64,000 bases of DNA, taken from Candidatus Nomurabacteria bacterium (GTDB lineage Bacteria; Patescibacteriota; Minisyncoccia; Phycocordibacterales; UBA9973). The DNA is taken from the NCBI GenBank assembly GCA_037139835.1, contig JBAXFQ010000001.1:12780-76779 (forward strand). The letters run 5' to 3'. Under the pieces are notes generated by a model. It was not told the origin of the DNA and made no database searches. It saw only the letters and a program-made list of their open reading frames with translations. Positions 41,416 through 49,581 of the stretch are shown piece by piece. How positions within the stretch are numbered: position 1 is the stretch's first letter; each line of letters starts with the position of its first letter. The translations under genes were made by a program, and so were the position numbers.

Positions 41416-42066
41416 ATGGAAAATAATAAAAATTTTAATAAACTTTCAGTTGTCTCATTAATTTTAATACTAGTAGGTCCATTATTTATAATCCTAGATA
41501 AATTACATATTTATTTACCCAAAGGAGATTTTTGGGAAATATATTTGGTAATAATATCATTTATTCTTGGATTTATTTTTGCAATTATTTCATTATATAA
41601 AATTAAACAATCTGCTGAAAAAGGAAGAATTTTATCTATCGCAACAATAACAATATTTATTATATTATCATTATTAATTTCTTATGCTTTACTTTTTAGC
41701 CAGTCAGATCCCATAAAACCAAATTCAAGAATGAAATCACAATTAGCAAGTGTAAGAGCACAAGCAGAATCATATTATCAATCATCAAATTATTCTTATG
41801 ATGGTTTGTGTGAAGCCACACAAGATAAAAATGGTTTAGGTGGTAATTCTAACTCTGGACTTTTAATGGCAATCTCTGCAGCTTCAGCTAAAAATACAAC
41901 TAAATGTTTTAGTGGTAGCAGTAGTTGGGTTGTAACATCTGGATTGGTTGATATTACAAAGCCATATACACATTATTGTACAGACATGACAGGAGTTTTT
42001 GAACCAATAACAAAAGCTCAAAATGATTCAATTACAAACGCCGATACTCTTTGCCCTCAGCAGTAA
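41416..42066 (+). CDS. Pilin-headgroup homolog on a polytopic anchor (3 TM helices; no prepilin cleavage motif)
   Basis: The C-terminal 120 aa (KSQLASVRAQAE ... NGLGG ... GLLMA ... HYCTDMTG, 4 Cys) are homologous to the globular domains of the two major pilins at 19558 and 20106. Confidence 0.6.
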   Translation: MENNKNFNKLSVVSLILILVGPLFIILDKLHIYLPKGDFWEIYLVIISFILGFIFAIISLYKIKQSAEKGRILSIATITIFIILSLLISYALLFSQSDPIKPNSRMKSQLASVRAQAESYYQSSNYSYDGLCEATQDKNGLGGNSNSGLLMAISAASAKNTTKCFSGSSSWVVTSGLVDITKPYTHYCTDMTGVFEPITKAQNDSITNADTLCPQQ

Positions 42067-42067
42067 A

Positions 42068-42109
42068 GGTTCCAACATTGTCCCAACAGTAATCAAATTA
42101 TGGTACAAT
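42068..42109 (+). promoter_or_regulatory. Box P2 (GGTTCcaacattGTCCCaacagtaatca) fused to TGGTACAAT, then 6 nt and ATG
   Basis: Same family as P1 and P3, with an internal deletion. Confidence 0.5.
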
Positions 42110-42115
42110 TAAATT

Positions 42116-42385
42116 ATGAATCTACTAGCCGGTATAATTGTTGGTTTCTTATTTTTTAAATTATTCGCGGGAAAATACGAAGGAGATAAAATTGAAAGAT
42201 CTTTGCGCTTTTCTATCAAAAATAATTATCTACATATCCATCATTGGATTTTTTGTTTAACATTACTAATAATTATTTTAATTCTAGGTTTTAAGAATGA
42301 ATTAATTATTGGATTACTTATAGGTTCTATAGTGCAAGGTTTAACTTATAAAGATAGATTTTTAATTATCTACTCTAAAAGTTAA
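42116..42385 (+). CDS. Small membrane protein (89 aa, 2-3 TM helices)
   Basis: Hydrophobic profile, and it has its own P-box promoter. Confidence 0.4.
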   Translation: MNLLAGIIVGFLFFKLFAGKYEGDKIERSLRFSIKNNYLHIHHWIFCLTLLIIILILGFKNELIIGLLIGSIVQGLTYKDRFLIIYSKS

Positions 42386-42408
42386 TCTAAATATTTCCAA
42401 TAAAAAAT

Positions 42409-42465
42409 GTTCCAACATCGCCCCAGACAGTCAGATAGTTCATTCAAGGTTTTACGTGATATAAT
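42409..42465 (+). promoter_or_regulatory. Box P3 (GTTCcaacatcGCCCCAGACAGTCAGA), then 23 nt, TGATATAAT, 6 nt and ATG
   Basis: 27 of 31 positions identical to P1. Confidence 0.55.
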
Positions 42466-42471
42466 CATTCC

Positions 42472-43458
42472 ATGGAATCAAACCTTGAAAAAATAAATTC
42501 AACAGTACATTTTAAAAACCAGCCAAAACTCTCTGGCGCAGAGGTTGATAAGAATCGAGATGAAAGACGATTGTCGTTATTTTCTTCTATTGAGAATTTT
42601 TTGTTGAATGATGATTTATTTAAGGGAAAAGAAATTGAAGTTGAATTTTCCCATGAAGGTATTTCTTCATTAGTTTGTTTTATTGAAGGAGGAGAGAAAA
42701 AAATGGTTCTTAAAATTGCTGTAGATAATACCGTAACCGAAGGTAGTGAAGCATTGTTTCTAAGAACGTGGAAATCTATCGGCATCTCAACACCACATAT
42801 TTACAAAGAGGGTAAACTTGCAGGTAGGCCATTTGTTTTGATGGAATATATCGATGCACCTACTGCAGGAGAGAAGTATAATGAGGATAAAGAAGGCAGG
42901 GAGAGTATGCATCTTGAAGTAGGGAGAATTTTACGCAAAATGCACAAACCAGAATCTATTGGATTTGGTAAGGTTATAGACGGCAAAGGAGAGTATACTT
43001 CTTTTAGAGAATGGATTGATACTCCAGATATGAGCAACAGAGTAAAGTATATAGAAGAAAATAATTTATTAACTTTAGAGCATGGAACATTTTCTCAAGC
43101 TAGAAATATTCTGGTTGATTATGTAGGTGATAGTAATAAAAGCAGTTATTGCCATTTTGATTATAGTGCTGGGCATCTTTTTGCCACAGAACCTCTAACC
43201 GTCTTTGATCCGAATCCTCTTTTTAATAATGGATATATAGATTTGGGGCGTACTTTAGTAAATTATATCGCTGCTAGTGGAACATATCCTAAAAAGATTG
43301 TGGAGGGTTATTTTGAAGAAGGTGGATTAGATGAAAAAGTTTTGCATGCCTCAATATTTATCAATATAATCTACAAGTTACCATACCAGTATCAGAAAGG
43401 AAAATCACAAACTATACAAAACTTCCAAAATTATCTTTCTCAGAATAAATTTCTCTAG
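42472..43458 (+). CDS. Phosphotransferase-family protein (APH/choline-kinase-like fold)
   Basis: Brenner-like catalytic region CHFDYSAGHL and an IDLGRT motif resembling the APH IDxGR(x)G box. Confidence 0.5.
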   Translation: MESNLEKINSTVHFKNQPKLSGAEVDKNRDERRLSLFSSIENFLLNDDLFKGKEIEVEFSHEGISSLVCFIEGGEKKMVLKIAVDNTVTEGSEALFLRTWKSIGISTPHIYKEGKLAGRPFVLMEYIDAPTAGEKYNEDKEGRESMHLEVGRILRKMHKPESIGFGKVIDGKGEYTSFREWIDTPDMSNRVKYIEENNLLTLEHGTFSQARNILVDYVGDSNKSSYCHFDYSAGHLFATEPLTVFDPNPLFNNGYIDLGRTLVNYIAASGTYPKKIVEGYFEEGGLDEKVLHASIFINIIYKLPYQYQKGKSQTIQNFQNYLSQNKFL

Positions 43459-43478
43459 ATATAGTATGTTTTCTATAT

Positions 43479-43508
43479 CTGTCTATCACTTTGGAACTTT
43501 GTTATAAT
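43479..43508 (+). promoter_or_regulatory. Box P4 (TGTCTATCACTTTGGAACTTTGTTATAAT) for the HIT gene; a second promoter-box family
   Basis: Nearly identical to P5 (45513..45541), and preceded by the terminator hairpin agatatag..ctatatct. Confidence 0.5.
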
Positions 43509-43515
43509 CAAAACT

Positions 43516-43992
43516 ATGAATAAAGAAATATTTCAAACGAAAAATTTTACTGTAGAATCAGTAGAAAAACCACATATAACTAGGATAGATGGTGGTCATA
43601 TCATGATTAGACCGAAATCAAGGATTGTTGATAGGACTAAACTTACTCCAGATGCGGCGATAGAATTGATGAAATTGACTATGATAATAGGTGAAGCGAT
43701 GGCAAATGGACTTAATAAGGCGGGTATTGATATAGGAAGAATCAATTACCAAGATAATGGGAATTGGAGTGTATTTAAACCTGAAGGTCCTTATTTTCAT
43801 ATCCATTTATATGGTAGAGCAAAAAGTGCTAAGATTCAAAAATATGGAGATGCTTGTTATTTTCCACATATAGATACTGGTTTCTATGATTCATTTGAAC
43901 CATTAAATGATAATGATATAGAAGAAATTAAAAAAGAGATTGAATTAATAATTAAACAAGAAAAATACCAAGATAAAAATTGGCATATTTAA
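43516..43992 (+). CDS. HIT-family (histidine triad) hydrolase-like protein
   Basis: HFHIHLYG matches the H-phi-H-phi-H-phi-phi HIT motif. Confidence 0.5.
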   Translation: MNKEIFQTKNFTVESVEKPHITRIDGGHIMIRPKSRIVDRTKLTPDAAIELMKLTMIIGEAMANGLNKAGIDIGRINYQDNGNWSVFKPEGPYFHIHLYGRAKSAKIQKYGDACYFPHIDTGFYDSFEPLNDNDIEEIKKEIELIIKQEKYQDKNWHI

Positions 43993-43999
43993 TAAAAAA

Positions 44000-44635
44000 A
44001 TGGAAAAACAAAATTATTGTAATTTATATTTAGTTCGTCACGGAGAAACTGAATGGAATGTAAAAAATATTATTCAAGGACAATCAAATTCCAATCTAAC
44101 CGAGAAGGGTATAGAGCAAGCCATGAAAACAGGGGATGAATTGAGAGATATTAAATTTGATGCAATTTTTTCTTCAGATTCAACTCGAGCACACAATACT
44201 GCGGAAATAATCAAATTAGACAGAGAATTAATAATAGAAACGTCTCATTTATTAAGAGAAAGAAATTTTGGTAGTTTTGAAGGTAGACATGCAAGTGAAT
44301 TCCTTGAAGCTTTTAGAGAAAAATTAAAAGAAAAAGAAACTTTATCAGGTGAAGAAGGATGGAATTTCACTGTTGCCTCTGATATAGAAACTGATGAAAT
44401 GATTGTATCAAGATTCATTACTAAATTACGTGAAATAGCTGTTGCTTATCCCAATCAGACGGTGTTAGTAGTTAGTCATGGTGGACCAATAAGAATGTTT
44501 CTAGCAAAAATAGGATATGCAAAAAGAGAAGAACTCGTTGGTGGTTCTTTAAAAAATGCTGGATGTGTCAATGTTCTTTCTGATGGTGTTGATTTTATTC
44601 TTCAAAGTGTAAAAGGAGTGGAATTATCTAAATAA
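44000..44635 (+). CDS. Histidine phosphatase-family protein (phosphoglycerate-mutase-like)
   Basis: LYLVRHGETEWN (RHG motif) and a later SHGG. Confidence 0.7.
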   Translation: MEKQNYCNLYLVRHGETEWNVKNIIQGQSNSNLTEKGIEQAMKTGDELRDIKFDAIFSSDSTRAHNTAEIIKLDRELIIETSHLLRERNFGSFEGRHASEFLEAFREKLKEKETLSGEEGWNFTVASDIETDEMIVSRFITKLREIAVAYPNQTVLVVSHGGPIRMFLAKIGYAKREELVGGSLKNAGCVNVLSDGVDFILQSVKGVELSK

Positions 44636-44809
44636 TCATATTCTCAAACTAAAAGTTACCATCATCGTCTCTGTAATTATATACAAAAAATGACCTCGCA
44701 CTTACGTCGAGGTCATTCACATTCCAGAGTTATCTACCAGATAAGGGCCTTTGTTTCTAGAGGTTTTAATTTCAACCTCGAACTGTCTTGTGGTAGCGCA
44801 TTCTGTTAA

Positions 44810-45445
44810 CTAATTTAAACATAAAATTCTGAGTGCTTCCCTGTAAGCAGGTCCATCGCACATAGTCTTCATTTTTTCCTGATGTTCTTGTGGAGTAATA
44901 CCAACTTCCACAAGAAGTGGATCAGAAATATAAATAATTCTTCCGCAATCAACCTCTTTTTCAACGAAGTGGATTGTAGAAGCTGTATATTTCTCTCCAG
45001 CCTCTATAGCCATTCTAACCGCATCATCACCAGTATACTTTGGTTTTCCTTCTTCATTCTTGATACTTAAATCAGCAGGGTGGACATTGATAATCGGACA
45101 ATAGCCAAGCAGGGGTTCTGTTATCTCTAACATAAATCCTGAGAGTATAATAATATCAGGATTAAACGGCTTAATGAGATCCAGCATCTCTTTGAAATAA
45201 TCCCTTCTTACCCAGATTGGCATATCCCTAAGTTTTCCATCAAATCCAGAGTCAAAGCAAAAATGTCTTGTATTTAATCCTATAAAAGGAATATCTTTCT
45301 CTTTACAAAACTTTTCACCCTTAGTATCTTTCTTGTTTGAGATACAGCACACAACCTCGTAACTCTTCCCATAATTTTTGTCTTTTTCAAACAAATACCT
45401 GAGAGAACTTGCACTTCCTGAGAATAAAACAGCGATTCTTTTCAT
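44810..45445 (-). CDS. Formyltransferase (PurN / GAR-transformylase-like fold)
   Basis: N-terminal Rossmann MKRIAVLFSGSASSL, then SGFMLEI and the NVHPADL motif (compare INIHPSLLP). Confidence 0.6.
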   Translation of the reverse strand: MKRIAVLFSGSASSLRYLFEKDKNYGKSYEVVCCISNKKDTKGEKFCKEKDIPFIGLNTRHFCFDSGFDGKLRDMPIWVRRDYFKEMLDLIKPFNPDIIILSGFMLEITEPLLGYCPIINVHPADLSIKNEEGKPKYTGDDAVRMAIEAGEKYTASTIHFVEKEVDCGRIIYISDPLLVEVGITPQEHQEKMKTMCDGPAYREALRILCLN

Positions 45446-45512
45446 ACGTTTAATTGTTTAAAATGTTCATTATTTAAGAACATATTACTTAAAAATGAAT
45501 ATTAAGCAAGCC

Positions 45513-45541
45513 TGTCTATCACTTTAGAACTTTGGTATAAT
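45513..45541 (+). promoter_or_regulatory. Box P5 (TGTCTATCACTTTAGAACTTTGGTATAAT), then 6 nt and ATG
   Basis: 28 of 30 positions identical to P4. Confidence 0.5.
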
Positions 45542-45547
45542 ATAATT

Positions 45548-45757
45548 ATGCAAAAAATATCAACAAGAATTTTTATCTATTCATCTATAGTTTTTGGAAT
45601 TATCGGTATTTTAGTTGTGATAACCGGCTCTGGACCGGATTCACCTGATTCTTATATTAGCAAAATACTAATTAGGCTTTTGTTTGCAACTGTATTTGTC
45701 ATACTGCCTTCATTTGCTTTAAGCGTTGCTGGTAAGTACTTAAACGATAGGTCTTAA
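45548..45757 (+). CDS. Small membrane protein (69 aa, 2 TM helices)
   Basis: Hydrophobic profile, with the P5 promoter upstream. Confidence 0.4.
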   Translation: MQKISTRIFIYSSIVFGIIGILVVITGSGPDSPDSYISKILIRLLFATVFVILPSFALSVAGKYLNDRS

Positions 45758-45831
45758 TTCTAGATAAAGTTTTTGTTTTAATCCTGATCTTAAGATAGGG
45801 TTTTTAACTATTATTTTGATATAATTAGCAA

Positions 45832-46134
45832 ATGACAAAATACAACAAATTAGTAAGAGATAAAATACCAGAAATGCTAGATAATAAAGGTATTTCGTAT
45901 GAAAAAAGAATAGCTTCAGATGATGAATATAAAATAGAACTAATTAAAAAACTAGACGAAGAAGTAAAAGAATTTTTAGAGGAAAATATTACAGAAGAGT
46001 TGGCTGATATTATAGAAGTAGTCGAAGCACTAAAAAGATTACCTGAGTATAGTGATGTAGAAGAAGTTCGTATTCAAAAATTAAAAGATAGGGGAGGATT
46101 TGATAAAAAGATAATACTTAAAGGAGAAAAATGA
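45832..46134 (+). CDS. MazG-like nucleoside-triphosphate pyrophosphohydrolase (small all-alpha NTP-PPase)
   Basis: N-terminus KLVRDKIPE plus the EExxE/D acidic helix EELADIIEVVEAL. TGATATAAT lies 6 nt before the ATG. Confidence 0.55.
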   Translation: MTKYNKLVRDKIPEMLDNKGISYEKRIASDDEYKIELIKKLDEEVKEFLEENITEELADIIEVVEALKRLPEYSDVEEVRIQKLKDRGGFDKKIILKGEK

Positions 46135-46559
46135 TATATCTAGAAAAACCAGAAAATTTTAATCCTAAATTTGAAGTTGTGAGTTGCTTTTTTAAGCAAG
46201 AAGGAAAGTTTCTATTGCTCCATCGTTTAGATTCAAAACCACAAGGAGATACTTGGGGTGTTCCAGCAGGGAAGGTTGAGAAAGGTGAAAGTTCTATCGA
46301 TGCTATTTGTAGAGAGATTATGGAGGAGACAGGGTATAATAATTTTAAGATATTACCTGAATTAACTCATACTATTTTTGTTAAGTATTCTGATTATGAT
46401 TTCATCTATTATATTTATGGTTTAGATATAGATAAAGATTACTTAATTAAAATAGAAACTAACGCTCATAAAGGATTTAGGTGGGTTAATAAAGAAGAAG
46501 CTTTGAAGATGAATTTAATCCAAGACCTGGATTCTTGTATTGATCTTTATTTCAAATAA
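46131..46559 (+). CDS. NUDIX hydrolase
   Basis: Nudix box GKVEKGESSIDAICREIMEETG. Overlaps the upstream gene by ATGA. Confidence 0.8.
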   Translation: MIYLEKPENFNPKFEVVSCFFKQEGKFLLLHRLDSKPQGDTWGVPAGKVEKGESSIDAICREIMEETGYNNFKILPELTHTIFVKYSDYDFIYYIYGLDIDKDYLIKIETNAHKGFRWVNKEEALKMNLIQDLDSCIDLYFK

Positions 46560-46609
46560 AGTATTTAATTAAAACCCTGAAATAGTTTCTAATATTGCTT
46601 AAAATCACT

Positions 46610-46642
46610 ACCAACGACTTTTTGAGATTGTTCTGGTATAAT
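46610..46642 (+). promoter_or_regulatory. Box P6 (ACCAACGACTTTTTGAgaTtGTTcTGGTATAAT), then 6 nt and ATG
   Basis: It shares the promoter-proximal half (CAACGACTTTTTGA...TATAAT) with P1. Confidence 0.5.
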
Positions 46643-46648
46643 TTAATT

Positions 46649-47014
46649 ATGGATGAATTGAAGAAGATTATATATAAATTAGAAACAGACTTGCTTAAAC
46701 CAGAAGTTAGAAGTTCATTTAAAACGCTTGATGAAATTATAGCAAATGATTTTATTGAATATGGGAGTTCTGGTCTTATTTATAATAAAGATATGATTTT
46801 AGAAAGATTACCAAAAGCAATTTCTCCTTCTTATTCTTTGTATGATTTTGAGGTTATTTTTTTAGCAGAAAATATAATTCAGACAAGATTCAAAACAGAT
46901 AGGATAAATCTAAATAATACCAAAACAACTTCTTTTAGAAGTTCTATTTGGAAAAATACTGGAAAAAAGTGGCAAATAATATTTCACCAAGGAACACCAA
47001 TTAATTATTTATAA
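46649..47014 (+). CDS. NTF2-like / DUF4440-like small protein
   Basis: C-terminus ...KKWQIIFHQGTPI, typical of SnoaL/DUF4440 folds. Start is set at the ATG 6 nt after TATAAT; the listed ORF begins at 46595. Confidence 0.45.
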   Translation: MDELKKIIYKLETDLLKPEVRSSFKTLDEIIANDFIEYGSSGLIYNKDMILERLPKAISPSYSLYDFEVIFLAENIIQTRFKTDRINLNNTKTTSFRSSIWKNTGKKWQIIFHQGTPINYL

Positions 47015-47017
47015 ATT

Positions 47018-47359
47018 ATGAAAGATAAGATAATTGATTTTTGGGCTGTAAATATTCTTTTTATTTTACATTTTATCTTTGTAATTATAATATTTTTTGG
47101 TTGGGTATTTCCTAGTATCCATTTCATATATGTCTTGATCTTATCGGGGACACTGCTATGCTGGGTTGTTTTAGGATATTGTCCTATAACAAGATGGGAA
47201 TTTAATATCAGGAGAAAATACGAACCAAATCTTAATTATAAGAATGAATATTTAGAATATTATTTTAGCAAATTTTTAAAAATAAATATTCCTGTAACTT
47301 ATATTAGATTTTACGGAACTTTGTTTATCATTTTGTCTTTATTGATTTCAACTATATAA
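47018..47359 (+). CDS. Hypothetical membrane protein (3-4 TM helices)
   Basis: Hydrophobic profile. Confidence 0.4.
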   Translation: MKDKIIDFWAVNILFILHFIFVIIIFFGWVFPSIHFIYVLILSGTLLCWVVLGYCPITRWEFNIRRKYEPNLNYKNEYLEYYFSKFLKINIPVTYIRFYGTLFIILSLLISTI

Positions 47360-47371
47360 TATCTAAACTAT

Positions 47372-47689
47372 ATGCTTACTTTTTCTGAACGTGTTATTAA
47401 AATAGCCCTTGCGATTCCTCCTGGTAGGGTGACCACTTATGGGCGTATTGCTCGTGCGGCAGGAGCAGGGCCTATGGCATCTCAGAGTATTACTACTATT
47501 TTAGGTAAAGCTTATTTTTCTGGTATAAAAAATATTCCTTTTCATAGGATAGTATATGCCGATGGAAAAGTATGGCTAAATGATGAGTATGGTAAAAAAA
47601 GATTAGCATTATACAAAAAAGAAGGTATTAAGCTCGATAAGAATAACAGAATTATTAATTTTAGAGATGTTTTGTTTGAGTTTAAATAA
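47372..47689 (+). CDS. Alkyltransferase-like protein (ATL; MGMT DNA-binding domain lacking the acceptor Cys: IPFHRIV instead of IPCHRV)
   Basis: AIPPGRVTTYGRIA helix-turn-helix and the Asn-hinge context match the O6-alkylguanine transferase C-domain. The PCHR cysteine is replaced by Phe. Confidence 0.6.
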   Translation: MLTFSERVIKIALAIPPGRVTTYGRIARAAGAGPMASQSITTILGKAYFSGIKNIPFHRIVYADGKVWLNDEYGKKRLALYKKEGIKLDKNNRIINFRDVLFEFK

Positions 47690-47707
47690 ATTTGGTATAA
47701 TGGATAT

Positions 47708-47944
47708 ATGAAAACAAAAAATTGTGAGAGTTGTATGATGCCTTTTAATAAAGACACTGGAGTAAGAGAGTCAGATAAATACTGTAGTCTTTGTTATAAA
47801 GATGGCAAGCTTTGTTATGAAGGAAATGATATAAAAGAGTTTCAGAGGGTTTGTTACAAGTCCATGTTGGATAAGGGTATAAATAAATATCTAGCTAAAT
47901 TTTATACTTGGATGATAAAGTTTGCTCCTCGTTGGAAGAAATAA
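47708..47944 (+). CDS. Small zinc-ribbon protein
   Basis: CESC...CSLC pairs. TGGTATAAT lies 6 nt before the ATG. Confidence 0.45.
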   Translation: MKTKNCESCMMPFNKDTGVRESDKYCSLCYKDGKLCYEGNDIKEFQRVCYKSMLDKGINKYLAKFYTWMIKFAPRWKK

Positions 47945-47949
47945 AATAT

Positions 47950-48510
47950 ATGAAAATAATCAGAATTATACTTCTCATTTTAATAATCATAGGGCTAGCT
48001 CTTTTGGCTACACAAAAAATTTGGGTGCCTAAATTAGTTGATAGAATTATTTCATCAGAAACTAAAACAAATGTTATACATATAGATAATAAGTCTACTA
48101 TGCTTGCACCTAAAGCAAATATTTCTTTGGTAGATGGTAGACAGTGCTATACTTATAATCACGAAGCAACTAAGACTGAGCCATATAAGGTCAGTGAATT
48201 TATGGATATAACCATTAAAGGCGAATCCGTAATTGGAACTAAAAAGGGGACACAAAGTGGCCCAGACCTTACAAATGGATACACTGGAAGTATCATAGGG
48301 ACTTTGAACAAAGATACTATCACATCAGTACTTTCATATACAGTAGAAGGATCGAAAGGTAAAGAGAAAGAAATATATAAAGCAGATAAAACTGGTATTG
48401 AGAAATTGCGATACCCACTTATCGAAGAAAAAGGAGTACTAGTACCAGATATAACTAAAGAATTTAAGATAATGCATTATTCTCGTGTTGGATGCGAATC
48501 TGCTAATTAA
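47950..48510 (+). CDS. Membrane-anchored / secreted hypothetical protein
   Basis: N-terminal signal-anchor MKIIRIILLILIIIGLALLA. Start is moved to the internal ATG. Confidence 0.45.
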   Translation: MKIIRIILLILIIIGLALLATQKIWVPKLVDRIISSETKTNVIHIDNKSTMLAPKANISLVDGRQCYTYNHEATKTEPYKVSEFMDITIKGESVIGTKKGTQSGPDLTNGYTGSIIGTLNKDTITSVLSYTVEGSKGKEKEIYKADKTGIEKLRYPLIEEKGVLVPDITKEFKIMHYSRVGCESAN

Positions 48511-48574
48511 TTTGTATCATTTGTAAATATTAGAAATTTATATAATTGGTCTATAAATATGGTAATATATAATC

Positions 48575-49561
48575 ATGGAAAAAAATGAACATTTTTTGGG
48601 TTGGGATGCACTTATTCGTATTGTTATAATGGGGGTTTTAATTTTTCTTTGTTGGAAAGTCCTTCCTATTATGCCAGTTGTTTTAGTCTCATTAGCATTA
48701 ACAGCCGCTTTCTATCCTACAGTAATTAAAGTCCAGAAAAAGACAAAAATACCAATGATTATTTGTATTTTTTTGATTTTAGTTATACCTATCGTTCCTT
48801 TTGTTGTTTTAGGTTTTATTTTCATTCCTCGTATTATAAAAGAGATTCCTGTCTTATTAGGTAGTATAAATAATGTTGTAGGCCACTCATCATTTCTTTC
48901 TTCTTTTTTGAAAGATTTTAATATTGTTACTTACTTAAAAACTCATCTAGACTACACGACTGCCACAGTTAATATAACTTTTATAATTGTTTCAATAATT
49001 ACGACTATAATTCTGACTTTTTTCCTTATGTATGATATGAAAAGATTATCAGAATTGTTTTTAAATAACTTACCTTTAAAAGAAAAAGATAGTGTAAAAG
49101 AATTGATAGAAGAGATAGCAGTAGTAACAGGTAAATATATAAGAGGGAATGTTATCATTTCTATAATATGTGGAGTTGTTGTCTATACTGGACTTACACT
49201 TTTAGGTGTTCCTTTTGCTTTGCCCTTAGCTTTGTTTGCAGCAATTTTTGATTTGTTACCTTTGGTCGGACAGACCATAGGCGCAATACCTGCGGTTATC
49301 ATTGGCTTTGGTGTATCACCAACGATAGGTATATTAGTTGTCATTTTACATTTCCTTTACCAGCAAATCGAGAATAATATAATCTCGCCTTTGATTTACA
49401 ATAAGGCACTCGATCTTTATCCTTCAGTTGTTTTTCTGTCTGTGTTGATAGGAGCAAGCCTATTTGGTATCTTAGGAGCATTTTTATCTCTCCCCGTTGC
49501 TGCTAGTATTCCTGCTATGATTAACTATCGAAAAAATTATAAAATTAGACATAGTGCTTAA
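48575..49561 (+). CDS. AI-2E family transporter (PerM/UPF0118)
   Basis: Eight TM helices and a conserved C-terminal block LLGVPFALPLALFAAIFDLLPLVGQTIGAIP. Confidence 0.65.
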   Translation: MEKNEHFLGWDALIRIVIMGVLIFLCWKVLPIMPVVLVSLALTAAFYPTVIKVQKKTKIPMIICIFLILVIPIVPFVVLGFIFIPRIIKEIPVLLGSINNVVGHSSFLSSFLKDFNIVTYLKTHLDYTTATVNITFIIVSIITTIILTFFLMYDMKRLSELFLNNLPLKEKDSVKELIEEIAVVTGKYIRGNVIISIICGVVVYTGLTLLGVPFALPLALFAAIFDLLPLVGQTIGAIPAVIIGFGVSPTIGILVVILHFLYQQIENNIISPLIYNKALDLYPSVVFLSVLIGASLFGILGAFLSLPVAASIPAMINYRKNYKIRHSA

Positions 49562-49581
49562 TAATTAATTATATCTATAAA

